Below are positions 6,716-15,588 of a stretch of DNA of 33,408 nt, piece by piece. The notes under the pieces are model-generated. The model was given only the letters and a program-made list of their open reading frames with translations. It was not told the origin of the DNA and did not search any database. This DNA comes from Nanobdellota archaeon (GTDB lineage Archaea; Nanobdellota; Nanobdellia; Pacearchaeales; GW2011-AR1): the NCBI GenBank assembly GCA_018901675.1, contig JAHIEH010000067.1, forward strand, positions 1-33,408, given 5' to 3'. Position numbers and translations under genes: made by a program. Each line of letters starts with the position of its first letter. Position 1 is the first letter of the stretch.

Positions 6716-9418
6716 TTATTTAATACTTTCTTCAACAATTTCTATTTCTTCGGGGGTTAAGCCATATAATTTATAGACTTCTTGATTTATCTCGTAGTTA
6801 ACATTATCAATTTGCTGTTTTAACCTTTCTTTTTCATTCCCTGATATTTTTTCATCATGATACTTTTTCTGGAGGTCTAACATTTGGTTTACTGAAGAGG
6901 TTATCTTTTGTTGTTGTTTTTCAGAGAGTTCTTTAGGAATAGGGATTTGCTTTGCATATGCTTCATAAAAATCCATAGATCTTATAGCATTTTGATAAAT
7001 AAATTTGTAAGTGTAATACTGAATCAAACTAGAGTTAAGTAAAGCTACAATAAATTCTTCTGAATATTTTTTATCTGAGACCAATATATTCGTCACAGTA
7101 TTAAATGAGAATAAACCTTCTCTATCAAATGCTACGGTTAATTTTATATGATCTTTAATATGCGCGACTATTCTTTGAGCAACAATGTGTGGTTGATAAA
7201 ACTTCTGCATCTCTTTTTTATACTTCTGCATCTCTTTATCTTGAGGATTATAATACTTACAACCACGTATAAACCATCTTTGGATATCATTTCCCCTCAA
7301 AACCTTAAGATAATCCTTCTTTTTTTCCTCAATAAAATTATCCATTCCTTGAATTCCTAAACCTAAAAAGATATGTGTAACATCCCCTAAACGTTTACCC
7401 TGAGTTTCTAATTTACGTTTAATTCCATAAGCTTTTTCATTAGACTCAAGATAAATCTTGTTATCTTTAATGCATATTTCTTGTTCTATTTGGGCAGTTT
7501 CTAAAATCTCTCGCATATCTTTGATTTCACCAATGATTATCTTATTTTTGGGTTTAAATTCGTTTTTGGTACAAAATATCACTTGTTCCAGTAATACCTC
7601 CTCAAATGCTTTACCAGCATCTACGACAGTTTTAAAACTGGTTTTTTCCAAGATTTCTTTTCTAACCTTACTCCAAGATTCAGTAAATGCTAACATTTTA
7701 GGGACGATCATTCCCATAAAACCATCCCTTTTAATTAATTTCAGTCCTTTATGAATAAAGACTGCAGATATATTCATCATACCGTCTTTAATCTCCTTAA
7801 AATCTGAGGTATTTTTTATCGGATCTCCTTCAAGAATCTTAAAATAGGGCGGATTACCAATCACAATGTCAAAACCACCTTGTTTGAAAACCTCTGGAAA
7901 TTGGGCATTCCAATTAAAAGCATGATCAGAAACTTTTATGTCATCAATCAACGAGTTTCCACATTTTACATTTGTTAAATTAGGAAGCTTGGAAATTTTC
8001 GTATCTTGGTCTTCCTCTTCTAAAACTTTTAAAAGTAAATTCAATCGTGCAAGCTCTACTGCTTTTTCATCTAAATCCACCCCATAAATACAATTTGTTA
8101 ATATGGTTATTTTTTGAGACAGATTCAATCTTTGATTATAACCCTTAAAAGTACTCCATTTTTCAGATTTATTACCATTCTTCAAAAGTTCTTCAATTTT
8201 GTTGATAACTTCTTGAAAGGCTCTTATTAAAAAACTTCCACTCCCACAAGTAGGATCAACGATTTTAACTTGAAGTATTTCATCTAAGGACTTATTCTTT
8301 AAATATTCTCCAACAGTATTCTTGATAATATAATCCACAATATAAGAAGGAGTATAATAAATCCCCATTTTTTTTCTTTTTCCAGTCTTATCATCAAGTT
8401 TTACTCTTTTTTCTGTCCCCTCCAAGATTGTCCCAAGATATTGTTCATAAATACTTCCAAATAAATCTCCAGGAATTATATCAAACATATATTTGTCCTG
8501 ATTTCCTTCTACACCAAAATACAAAGCCAATATAACTTTTCTTAGAACATCATCAGAGAACGTTCCTTCTTTCTCTAACAATCCCTGCTCAAATAACTTA
8601 GAATCGTACTTTTGATTAAAGTAAACGAATTTTTCTAGTAAATATGGAAAAAGCTGTAATTTAGTTATTTGTTGTCTGACATCCGCTTCAAGACTTTTTA
8701 GATAATATAGTGCTTCTAATCCTCTGTCTTCAACAGACCTTATAAAAATTAATCTATCAATAAATATCTGGACTATCTCATCAATTTTTTCTTTCTCTAA
8801 ATAATTCTTCTTCTGTTTTATTTCTTTAGAGAGCCATTCTCTTATTTTTAATAAATCCTGTAAAAGTGATTCATCGATTGGTTTACTTAACTTTTCATCT
8901 TTTGTCGAAAGAAGATTGTTTATCTCTTTTTTTTCAAAACTTTCTCTAGAAAGAAGCCAAAGAGTATCGAATTTATCAATAAATTCCTTAAAATTTATTC
9001 TGAAGTAATCATTATTGTGGCGTAAAAGATTCTTATCTATATTCTTTATATTTGAAAGAGCATGATAAACCCTAATATCTTTAAAATTTGTCAAGACAGC
9101 AAATTTTATTTTTCTATGATATGCATAAGAAACTGCTTGTTTACCTGCATCTTCGTCTAAGAGCACATTAGTCTTTTTAGCTTCAATAACTAAAACTTCT
9201 TGATTAGCAATTTTTAAAATATAATCTGCCCTACCTTTCAAAACTCTTGGTTCTTTTTGAACCTCTTTTCTATCCCAACCTAATATCTCTTCAAATAATG
9301 GTTCTATAAATTGATGTTTAATATCTTCTTCTGGTTTAGACTCCCAATATTTCTGTCCTTCTGAAAATTGTTTGACTAATTCCCTAAGTTTTTCTTTAGC
9401 TTCTTCTTTATTTATCAT
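6716..9418 (-). CDS. Single-chain type IIG restriction-modification enzyme (Eco57I/MmeI-like: nuclease + N6-adenine methyltransferase + specificity region)
   Basis: 900 aa. N-terminal PD-(D/E)XK-like motif GRADYILK...VLVIEAKK. Methyltransferase motif I is DPTCGSGSFL, preceded by GIYYTPSYIV. Motif IV is GNPPYF. A long C-terminal region follows, as in TaqI-like target-recognition domains. Confidence 0.87.
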   Translation of the reverse strand: MINKEEAKEKLRELVKQFSEGQKYWESKPEEDIKHQFIEPLFEEILGWDRKEVQKEPRVLKGRADYILKIANQEVLVIEAKKTNVLLDEDAGKQAVSYAYHRKIKFAVLTNFKDIRVYHALSNIKNIDKNLLRHNNDYFRINFKEFIDKFDTLWLLSRESFEKKEINNLLSTKDEKLSKPIDESLLQDLLKIREWLSKEIKQKKNYLEKEKIDEIVQIFIDRLIFIRSVEDRGLEALYYLKSLEADVRQQITKLQLFPYLLEKFVYFNQKYDSKLFEQGLLEKEGTFSDDVLRKVILALYFGVEGNQDKYMFDIIPGDLFGSIYEQYLGTILEGTEKRVKLDDKTGKRKKMGIYYTPSYIVDYIIKNTVGEYLKNKSLDEILQVKIVDPTCGSGSFLIRAFQEVINKIEELLKNGNKSEKWSTFKGYNQRLNLSQKITILTNCIYGVDLDEKAVELARLNLLLKVLEEEDQDTKISKLPNLTNVKCGNSLIDDIKVSDHAFNWNAQFPEVFKQGGFDIVIGNPPYFKILEGDPIKNTSDFKEIKDGMMNISAVFIHKGLKLIKRDGFMGMIVPKMLAFTESWSKVRKEILEKTSFKTVVDAGKAFEEVLLEQVIFCTKNEFKPKNKIIIGEIKDMREILETAQIEQEICIKDNKIYLESNEKAYGIKRKLETQGKRLGDVTHIFLGLGIQGMDNFIEEKKKDYLKVLRGNDIQRWFIRGCKYYNPQDKEMQKYKKEMQKFYQPHIVAQRIVAHIKDHIKLTVAFDREGLFSFNTVTNILVSDKKYSEEFIVALLNSSLIQYYTYKFIYQNAIRSMDFYEAYAKQIPIPKELSEKQQQKITSSVNQMLDLQKKYHDEKISGNEKERLKQQIDNVNYEINQEVYKLYGLTPEEIEIVEESIK

Positions 9419-9489
9419 TTATTTTTATTAGAAGTCTCTTATATAAAAACCTATTCTTCCTTCTCATCTCCATTCACTTTTCCAAATCT

Positions 9490-10125
9490 TCACCCCAGTA
9501 ATTTCTCAAATTTAGCTTTATTATCCATGTAAAATGAATAGATTTCCTTATTTATATCTTTTTTTCCAGAATTTAACGTTATTAACAAGCCATAAAGCCA
9601 TAAAAATTTATCTAAATCTTCAAAAGATACACCAATAAGAGAATTTTCCTTTCTAAACCTTTCAATTCCATCCAAGAAGTTTTGATAAGTTCTGGTGTCT
9701 TTCCATCCAATTAGTTTACTTAGTGCAATGCAGACATACTTATCATATAATGGATACCTTATTTTATTATGAAAATGACAGAATTTACTTGCAAAAGACA
9801 GCAGATTTTTGCCTATACATTTAGATATTTTATCTACTGCATGAGGAGAACCTTGTTTTAACATTTCATCAAGTTTTTCGATCTTTGTAATATGTTCTGC
9901 CACTGCAATCTGATCCTTGAGATTAGTTTTGTATAAAGAGTCTATAAGAATTACTTTCATCAATATTACTTCTTTGTTATTATTTAGAGGATTCTTATTA
10001 AAATAATTAGTCAAAGTAGAATTTGCAAGATTCCATTTGGGAAGTTTTGAGTATATTTCTTTTGCAATTTCTATTTTTTTATCTTCTAGCATTTGACAAA
10101 ATTTTATAATAGTTTTCCCCTCCAA
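9490..10125 (-). CDS. Uncharacterised protein, family X (paralog of 13979..14641)
   Basis: Shares the block LSFASKFCHFHNKIRYPLYDKY with SLASKYLHFHVPIFPIYDSR in 13979..14641. It overlaps the 3' end of the nucleotidyltransferase gene. The start is uncertain (TTG 10125 or ATG 10092). Confidence 0.55.
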   Translation of the reverse strand: MEGKTIIKFCQMLEDKKIEIAKEIYSKLPKWNLANSTLTNYFNKNPLNNNKEVILMKVILIDSLYKTNLKDQIAVAEHITKIEKLDEMLKQGSPHAVDKISKCIGKNLLSFASKFCHFHNKIRYPLYDKYVCIALSKLIGWKDTRTYQNFLDGIERFRKENSLIGVSFEDLDKFLWLYGLLITLNSGKKDINKEIYSFYMDNKAKFEKLLG

Positions 10126-10675
10126 AAACTATCAAATGTTTATTTAAGGATTCATTTAAAATGTTTATTTGTTCTCTTTTTGAAAACATTTCGTAGGCAC
10201 TTTCTTTTCCTAAAACATTTAAGTCTAATTTAAAAGAAAAATTGGAGGCAATATTTTTGATTATTCCTTCAATTTGTTCAACTTTATTTTGTTTGTCTAA
10301 GATTATTATCATATCTAAATCATTAAATTTCTTTTTTTCTGCAAAAGAGCCAAAAATTAAAAATATAAAAAAATCTTCATTTATTTCTTTTAAGCAGTCT
10401 TTGATGAATAAAGAAACAGATTTTTCTTTTGCTATAGAATTTTTAGTTCTTAATGATTCTGCATATGAGAGTTCTGCGATATTTTCTTTATAGTTAAGAG
10501 AGAGGAGTTTTTTCTCATCTGACAGAATAAACCTGTCTTTTATTAGCTCCTGCATTGACCTATGAATTAGTGCATAAGGTTTTTTCAAAACTCCAGCAAC
10601 TTCATTTATACTAAATTTTTTATCTATTCTTGAAACAAAGATTTTCATTATTTCGATTTGTGTTTTTGTTAGCAT
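10079..10675 (-). CDS. wHTH-fused minimal nucleotidyltransferase (MNT/Pol-beta fold)
   Basis: 198 aa. N-terminal winged helix (FSINEVAGVLKKPYALIHRSMQELIKDRFI). Nucleotidyltransferase signature LIFGSFAEKKKFNDLDMIIILD (GS...DxD). Confidence 0.7.
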   Translation of the reverse strand: MLTKTQIEIMKIFVSRIDKKFSINEVAGVLKKPYALIHRSMQELIKDRFILSDEKKLLSLNYKENIAELSYAESLRTKNSIAKEKSVSLFIKDCLKEINEDFFIFLIFGSFAEKKKFNDLDMIIILDKQNKVEQIEGIIKNIASNFSFKLDLNVLGKESAYEMFSKREQINILNESLNKHLIVFGGENYYKILSNARR

Positions 10676-10713
10676 TTTTATTTATATCTTTTTAGATATA
10701 ATAATATATCTTT

Positions 10714-11040
10714 TTAGTCATATTTAAATTTTGTGGTTTTTACGAATGTTTTCATCTTACAACTTCCCTCTCCTTCCTCTCTTTCTTCCCCCCTCCCCCT
10801 CACCTCACCCATAAACTTACCGCAAACTTCGCAAACAATGCATCTCTTGCCATTAATGATTTTTCCTTCAAAATGAGCGCAGCAGCAACCGCTATGGAAA
10901 AATGTTGCTTCTTTATTGCAAAGCTTGCATTTTTTAGCTGGTTTAATTGCTTTAGCTGTTTTTGTCGTTTTGGTTGTTTTTTGTTTCTTATTTCTTTTTG
11001 TCATCTTCAATTTCTCCCTTTTGCTCAAGCTTACACTCAT
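10714..11040 (-). CDS. Basic N-terminus plus Cys-rich zinc-ribbon-like small protein
   Basis: The ATG at 11040 overlaps the AAA+ gene stop as ATGA. An alternative ATG at 11004 sits in the conserved TTGAAGATGA context. Lys/Thr-rich basic tract, then CKLCNKEATFFHSGCCCAHFEGKIINGKRCIVCEVCGKF. The C-terminus reads into a purine-rich repeat. Confidence 0.4.
   Translation of the reverse strand: MSVSLSKREKLKMTKRNKKQKTTKTTKTAKAIKPAKKCKLCNKEATFFHSGCCCAHFEGKIINGKRCIVCEVCGKFMGEVRGRGEEREEGEGSCKMKTFVKTTKFKYD
10998..11040 (-). repeat. Junction element copy L3
   Basis: Minus strand reads ATGAGTGTAAGCTTGAGCAAAAGGGAGAAATTGAAGATGACA. It aligns by eye with copies at 12406 and 15581 (about 32 of 38 nt, with one indel). 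Confidence 0.75.
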
Positions 11041-12311
11041 TTTATACTCCTTGCGGAATTCATCGCTAAAAGCCATTTCCAAACAGGCTTTATAATTATC
11101 TTCTTGCCATTTATATTTTCTTCGCCTTCTTTATCTAATGTAAGAATAATCCCTTCTTTAAGAGTATATTTCTGCATAGCTTCCAAAAGACCTTCGATTT
11201 CTCTCTTTTTTGTCATAGGGCTCTCTAAATTTAGACAAACCTGAATTGCCTGAGTTATTTTTAGCCCTTTTTTAACAATAAAATCACATTCTTTTTTGCC
11301 TAAATGATAATAAACTTCGAAACCTTCTTTTAACAATTCTATAAAAACTAAATTTTCTAGTCTTTGCCCCCTATTTTCTATAAAGTTAAATGCGACTGTT
11401 TTAAGAAAGCTATTGTCTAAAACATAAAATTTAGATGAAGAAACCTGTTGTTTTTTTAATGAATAATCAAATCTATTGATAGTTGAAGCGAGAAAAACCC
11501 CCTTCATATATTCAATGTAATTTTTTATCATGCTTAAACTCTTTATTCCAGAAATTATCTTTAAAGTAGAATAAGAATAAACTTTGCCCACATTTGAAAA
11601 AAGATATAAGATAAGATCTTTAATCTCCTTTGTTTTTTTAATGTGATATCTTTGAATTATATCCTTATTAAGTATGTCTTCAAAATATTGTTTGGACAAT
11701 TCCAAATCATTGTTCTTTATTACTAAAGGGAAGCCCCCCTTTTCAAAATACTCTTCAAAGGCGCCCATCAAAATTATTCTTTCATTAGAAGTTTTTGGAT
11801 TTTCTTGAATGTTTTTAAACCTTAAAAATTCTTTAAATGAAAAAGGGTATAGTCTTAGAACTTTATTTCTTCCTGTTAAAAATGTTGAGATTTCTGAACT
11901 TAATAAACTTGAATTTGAGCCGGTTACAAAAACTTTTATTTTTTTGGCAAAGAGGTTATTAACCCATCTTTCCCAAGAAGGAATGTTTTGAATTTCATCA
12001 AAAAAAAACACAACCTCAGACCCAATGCTATGCAATTCTTTAGCAAAGTCTTCTATATCCTGAAAATTTTCAATCTTAAAGTCTGTAAATCTGACATCAT
12101 CAAAGTTTATGTAAATCTTTTTTTTATTGATTTTATTGGAAATAATCTTTAAGAGGGTGCTTTTTCCGCATCTTCTTATGCCACTTATGATTACAATTTC
12201 ATTTCCTCTTAAATAAGGCTCTAAGGATATTTCTCTTTCTATTAACTCTTCTTCCTTATTGAATAGTTCTTGTTGTTCATTCAAAAGTTCATATAATTTT
12301 GTTTTTTCCAT
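11037..12311 (-). CDS. AAA+ superfamily ATPase of the COG1373 / DUF4143 type
   Basis: 424 aa. Walker A is SGIRRCGKSTLL and Walker B is VVFFFDEIQ. The C-terminal restriction-endonuclease-like module (KECDFIVKKG...AIQVC) is typical of DUF4143 ATPases. Confidence 0.8.
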   Translation of the reverse strand: MEKTKLYELLNEQQELFNKEEELIEREISLEPYLRGNEIVIISGIRRCGKSTLLKIISNKINKKKIYINFDDVRFTDFKIENFQDIEDFAKELHSIGSEVVFFFDEIQNIPSWERWVNNLFAKKIKVFVTGSNSSLLSSEISTFLTGRNKVLRLYPFSFKEFLRFKNIQENPKTSNERIILMGAFEEYFEKGGFPLVIKNNDLELSKQYFEDILNKDIIQRYHIKKTKEIKDLILYLFSNVGKVYSYSTLKIISGIKSLSMIKNYIEYMKGVFLASTINRFDYSLKKQQVSSSKFYVLDNSFLKTVAFNFIENRGQRLENLVFIELLKEGFEVYYHLGKKECDFIVKKGLKITQAIQVCLNLESPMTKKREIEGLLEAMQKYTLKEGIILTLDKEGEENINGKKIIIKPVWKWLLAMNSARSIK

Positions 12312-12405
12312 GATTTCTATTGTCTTTGAGAGTTTATAAACCTTTCTTTGTAATTTAATAACTCTTTATAAACATATGTTAAATGGAAATTAACTATATG
12401 GTTTC

Positions 12406-12445
12406 TTATTCATCTTCAATATCTCCCCTATTGCTCAAACTAACA
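12406..12445 (-). repeat. Junction element copy L1
   Basis: The plus-strand 18-mer TTATTCATCTTCAATATC is identical to 15581-15598. About 33 of 38 nt match overall. It encodes the last 12 codons plus the stop of the Nudix gene. Confidence 0.85.
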
Positions 12446-12861
12446 TCCCCTAAAATACTGACCAATTTTTCCTTGCTATCTATACTTTCATCCCAATCAA
12501 TTTGCTCTATAAACTTTTCCTTGGAAAGCCACCTAAACTCTGTATGCTCTCCGCTTAGCTTAGGTATCGCTTCTTTAACTTTGATAAGAAATGCTCTTTC
12601 TTTGTGCATCTTGCCAGAATTCTTTGGCCATTCATATTCCCCAAGATAATCTGTTTTTTTAATTTCTAATATCTCTAATCCTGTTTCTTCTTTTACTTCT
12701 CTTCTTATTGCTTTCTCTTCACTTTCATTCTTCTCAACACTTCCAGTAACAACAAACCAAATATCTACTTTAAGCCATTTAGGGTTTGTTCTTAGAATTA
12801 AAAAATTTCTTTTATCAGAATAAATTATTGCCATAATCTTTGGATTGGTTTTGTTATTCAT
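12406..12861 (-). CDS. Nudix hydrolase
   Basis: Nudix box GSVEKNESEEKAIRREVKEETGLE. I place the start at ATG 12861 (MNNKTNPK), preceded by GGAGG. The track extension to 12972 is read-through of a purine-rich repeat. The C-terminal tail VSLSNRGDIEDE is encoded by the junction element. Confidence 0.8.
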   Translation of the reverse strand: MNNKTNPKIMAIIYSDKRNFLILRTNPKWLKVDIWFVVTGSVEKNESEEKAIRREVKEETGLEILEIKKTDYLGEYEWPKNSGKMHKERAFLIKVKEAIPKLSGEHTEFRWLSKEKFIEQIDWDESIDSKEKLVSILGDVSLSNRGDIEDE

Positions 12862-12935
12862 CTTCAATACCTCCTCTCTTCCCCAAACCTCCTCTCTTTT
12901 AATAACCTTTTTGTAACCCCCTCCCTTAATCTTAG
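12854..12935 (-). repeat. Junction-core copy L4 fused to a purine-rich tract
   Basis: TTATTCATCTTCAATA lies at 12854-12869. Upstream on the minus strand is GGGAGGGGG...AGAGAGGAGGTTTGGGGAAGAGAGGAGG. It provides the Nudix gene start context. Confidence 0.7.
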
Positions 12936-13016
12936 ATATATAACATGCCCTGTAAATTATCACACTTAACAATCTCTTCCCAAAACTCTTTTAAACTTCT
13001 TTATCTTTGATAAACC

Positions 13017-13916
13017 ATGGGAGATGAAAAGAAAGAGAATCAAAAAGATGAACAAGAAGGCGAAAATACACATATAGCTATTTTTAATGGAAAAGCTATA
13101 AGAAGAAAACTTGTTGGTGATAAATGGTTCTTTTCAGTTGTTGATATTATCCGGGTTTTGACTGATAGTGTTGACCCAAAAGATTATTGGTATAGGTTAA
13201 AAGTAAGAGAGAAAGAATCTTCAGAAATTGAGCTATCGACATTTTGTCGACAACTGAAGCTCAAATCAGGAGACGGGAAAGAGTACGAAACAGATTGCGC
13301 AGACACAGAAGGTATATTCAGAATAATTCAATCAATTCCTTCAAAAAAGGCAGAGCCGTTTAAAAGATGGCTTGCAAAAGTTGGTTATGAAAGAGTGCAG
13401 GAAATTGAAAACCCAGAACTTGCACAAGAAAGAATGAAAAATCTTTATGAGCAAAAAGGATATTCTAAAGACTGGATTGAAAAAAGATTAAGAGGAATTG
13501 CTATAAGGCAGGAGCTGACAGACGAGTGGAAGAATAGAAAGATAAAAGAAGAGAAAGAGTTCGCAATCTTAACAAATGAAATAAGCAAAGCAACTTTTGG
13601 AAAAACAGTTGAAGAGTATAAGAATTTTAAGAAACTAAAAAGAGAAAATTTAAGAGATCATATGGATGATTTAGAATTAATTTTTAGTATGCTTGGAGAG
13701 GCAGCAACTACTAGAATTACTAAAACAAAAGATACTCAGGGTTTTGGAGAAAATAAAATTGCAGCCAGACAAGGTGGAGAAGTTGCTGGAAATGCAAGAA
13801 AAGAGCTTGAATTAAAAACAGGAGAGAGTGTTCTTAATGAGGATAATTTTTTAAATCTTCCAGAAAAACTAAAGAAAAAAAGGAAGAAACTCCTTGAACA
13901 AGTAGAGATTATTTAA
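13017..13916 (+). CDS. Bro-N domain protein (prophage antirepressor / DinD-like family)
   Basis: The N-terminal Bro-N pattern is IAIFNGKAIRRKLVGDKWFFSVVDIIRVLTDS. The downstream block PFKRWLAKVGYERVQEIENPELAQERMKNLYEQKGYSKDWIEKRLRGIAIRQELTDEW is typical of this family. Confidence 0.75.
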   Translation: MGDEKKENQKDEQEGENTHIAIFNGKAIRRKLVGDKWFFSVVDIIRVLTDSVDPKDYWYRLKVREKESSEIELSTFCRQLKLKSGDGKEYETDCADTEGIFRIIQSIPSKKAEPFKRWLAKVGYERVQEIENPELAQERMKNLYEQKGYSKDWIEKRLRGIAIRQELTDEWKNRKIKEEKEFAILTNEISKATFGKTVEEYKNFKKLKRENLRDHMDDLELIFSMLGEAATTRITKTKDTQGFGENKIAARQGGEVAGNARKELELKTGESVLNEDNFLNLPEKLKKKRKKLLEQVEII

Positions 13917-13978
13917 CATGTCCTATAGATTATCCCCCTCCATCTAGTAAATCGAGAAATGTTTATACGCTACCATTT

Positions 13979-14641
13979 TTATCTTTTGCCTACTTTCTTT
14001 TTATTTAACCTATCATTAGCATTTTTAATCAAAAATGTGTCAATCTCCCTTAAAGTCGGAGCTTTTCGAGAGTTATTTTTAATATAGTTGTAAAGAAAAA
14101 GGATTTTATTGCAGAATTTAAAATATTTTTCATCACATAAAAAATCAGCATCCTCTACTCTTCCAACCACTATCTTGTTTATAGAGCTGTTTGCTCTAGA
14201 GTCATATATTGGGAAAATTGGCACGTGAAAATGCAGGTATTTAGAAGCTAATGACCTCTTTTCTTTTCCTGTTAATTCTTTGAAAAATTTTGTGAGTTCT
14301 TTGTGGAGGATTAAGATGTCTTTTAATGTTTTTTCGTTAAATTCTTTATTTTTCAGCTTGCTTAATTTTTCATCAAATTTATTTTTACTATTGAATTTTA
14401 TAAACTCTTTAACAACATAATCATAAAAATCATCATTGATATGCTTTTTGTTTATTTTAGATCTCCTTTCAATTGATGCGGCATAAGACCTTCCAATAAG
14501 CAATATTTTTGCACGGATTTCTTCAGGATCTGTATGTGATGGATAATCTGAACACATTTTATATAAAATATTATTTCCAAGCATCCATTTTTTATCTTTC
14601 AAATTATTAAATTTCTTTACATCAAAATTTATTAGTTTCAT
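13979..14641 (-). CDS. Uncharacterised protein, family X (paralog of 9490..10125); last gene of the 4-gene operon
   Basis: 220 aa. Shared motif SLASKYLHFHVPIFPIYDSR. Its start overlaps the upstream stop as ATGA (14638-14641). Confidence 0.6.
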   Translation of the reverse strand: MKLINFDVKKFNNLKDKKWMLGNNILYKMCSDYPSHTDPEEIRAKILLIGRSYAASIERRSKINKKHINDDFYDYVVKEFIKFNSKNKFDEKLSKLKNKEFNEKTLKDILILHKELTKFFKELTGKEKRSLASKYLHFHVPIFPIYDSRANSSINKIVVGRVEDADFLCDEKYFKFCNKILFLYNYIKNNSRKAPTLREIDTFLIKNANDRLNKKKVGKR

Positions 14642-15147
14642 TTTACTTCCCCAAGATATAACATTCCCTTATGATTCTCTAAAAAATTTAGTCTAAAACT
14701 CTGTAATTGAGTTAAATTAGTAATTTTATTTAAATGATTTTCCCATAAATTTTTATTTGATTCTAAATCTAAAGGAAATACGATAAATAATACATATTTG
14801 GAGTCATAATCATTATTCTTTCTTAAATCATGAATATCTTTTATTATTCCATCTATATTCTTTGTAATTGGTCTAATTTTTCTAGTATAATCCTGTTGAT
14901 AATTTGTATTTATTGTCTTTAACTCAATCGCATAACTAAGAGATTTGTGTTTAAAGGTTATATCAATTCTTTCTTTTTCAGGAATTACTTCAGTACAACC
15001 CAACTTAATTGCAGAATCTACTATTTCTACTTTTAACCATCCCTCAAATTTAGAAATATTTTTTATAAACTCAGATATGCCTCTATGAGATTCTATTTTT
15101 CTTATTATATCTTTTATTATCTCGTTAAGTATCTCTTCTTCACTCAT
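14638..15147 (-). CDS. Restriction-endonuclease-like (PD-(D/E)XK) small protein
   Basis: 169 aa. Candidate catalytic signature EGWLKVE ... ERIDITFKHKSLSYAIELKT (E, D, ExK spacing). It lies 3 nt after the upstream gene. Confidence 0.45.
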   Translation of the reverse strand: MSEEEILNEIIKDIIRKIESHRGISEFIKNISKFEGWLKVEIVDSAIKLGCTEVIPEKERIDITFKHKSLSYAIELKTINTNYQQDYTRKIRPITKNIDGIIKDIHDLRKNNDYDSKYVLFIVFPLDLESNKNLWENHLNKITNLTQLQSFRLNFLENHKGMLYLGEVK

Positions 15148-15150
15148 CTT

Positions 15151-15588
15151 CTAAACCCCCCATTTCCTTACAACAACGCCTATAAAAGGCCGCTCATCAT
15201 TATATGGATCTTTTTTAGCATCAATTATCTCTACTTTCAGCTCTTTTATTTGATTTGAGTTATTGAAAGTTATTTTATCTAAAATAGAAATCACGCTTTC
15301 TGAAATATCCAAAATATTAGCAGATAAGTCTCCGAGATAGCAACTTAAAACTATCTTTATTTCATCATTAAAGAATCTTTTCATGCCAGGAAATTGTGTC
15401 TTTGTTATTACTTGTCTAATAAATGTCTTTTCCTTGGATGTTAATTTTTTAAAAGATTTGGGTAAAACTTCTATAGGAAAAGCAAGATAGTCTTTATTTT
15501 TATCACACTTTGGAATAACTTCCACTACTTTTTCTACAATTTCTTTATTCTCTATCAATTCTTCGATATTATTATCTTTTTTATTCAT
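15151..15588 (-). CDS. Hypothetical protein, no recognisable domain
   Basis: The track start is TTG 15594. The ATG at 15588 (MNKKDNN) sits inside the junction element and overlaps the 3' end of the nuclease gene by 8 nt. Confidence 0.5.
   Translation of the reverse strand: MNKKDNNIEELIENKEIVEKVVEVIPKCDKNKDYLAFPIEVLPKSFKKLTSKEKTFIRQVITKTQFPGMKRFFNDEIKIVLSCYLGDLSANILDISESVISILDKITFNNSNQIKELKVEIIDAKKDPYNDERPFIGVVVRKWGV

Noticed and set aside
7148-7754. Plus-strand ORFs 7148..7360 and 7458..7754 inside the type IIG restriction-modification gene. Analogous antisense ORFs lie at 877..1179, 4006..4245, 4682..4918, 10242..10493, 10873..11244, 11809..11991, 12383..12649, 16059..16313, 16252..16500, 18320..18523, 18668..18955, 24415..24654, 24739..24957, 26801..27016, 29012..29245, 29488..29703, 31173..31373 and 31418..31777.
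   Set aside because: All lie fully inside, or antisense to, longer ORFs with clear family motifs. Their products are low-complexity Leu/Ile/Phe/Ser-rich strings typical of shadow frames in AT-rich DNA.
12862-12972. N-terminal 37-aa extension of the Nudix ORF in the track (MLSVIIYRACYISKIKGGGYKK...)
   Set aside because: The extension is encoded by the purine-rich repeat. The ATG at 12861 has GGAGG upstream, sits in the conserved TTGAAGATGAAT start context, and yields a normal-length Nudix protein.
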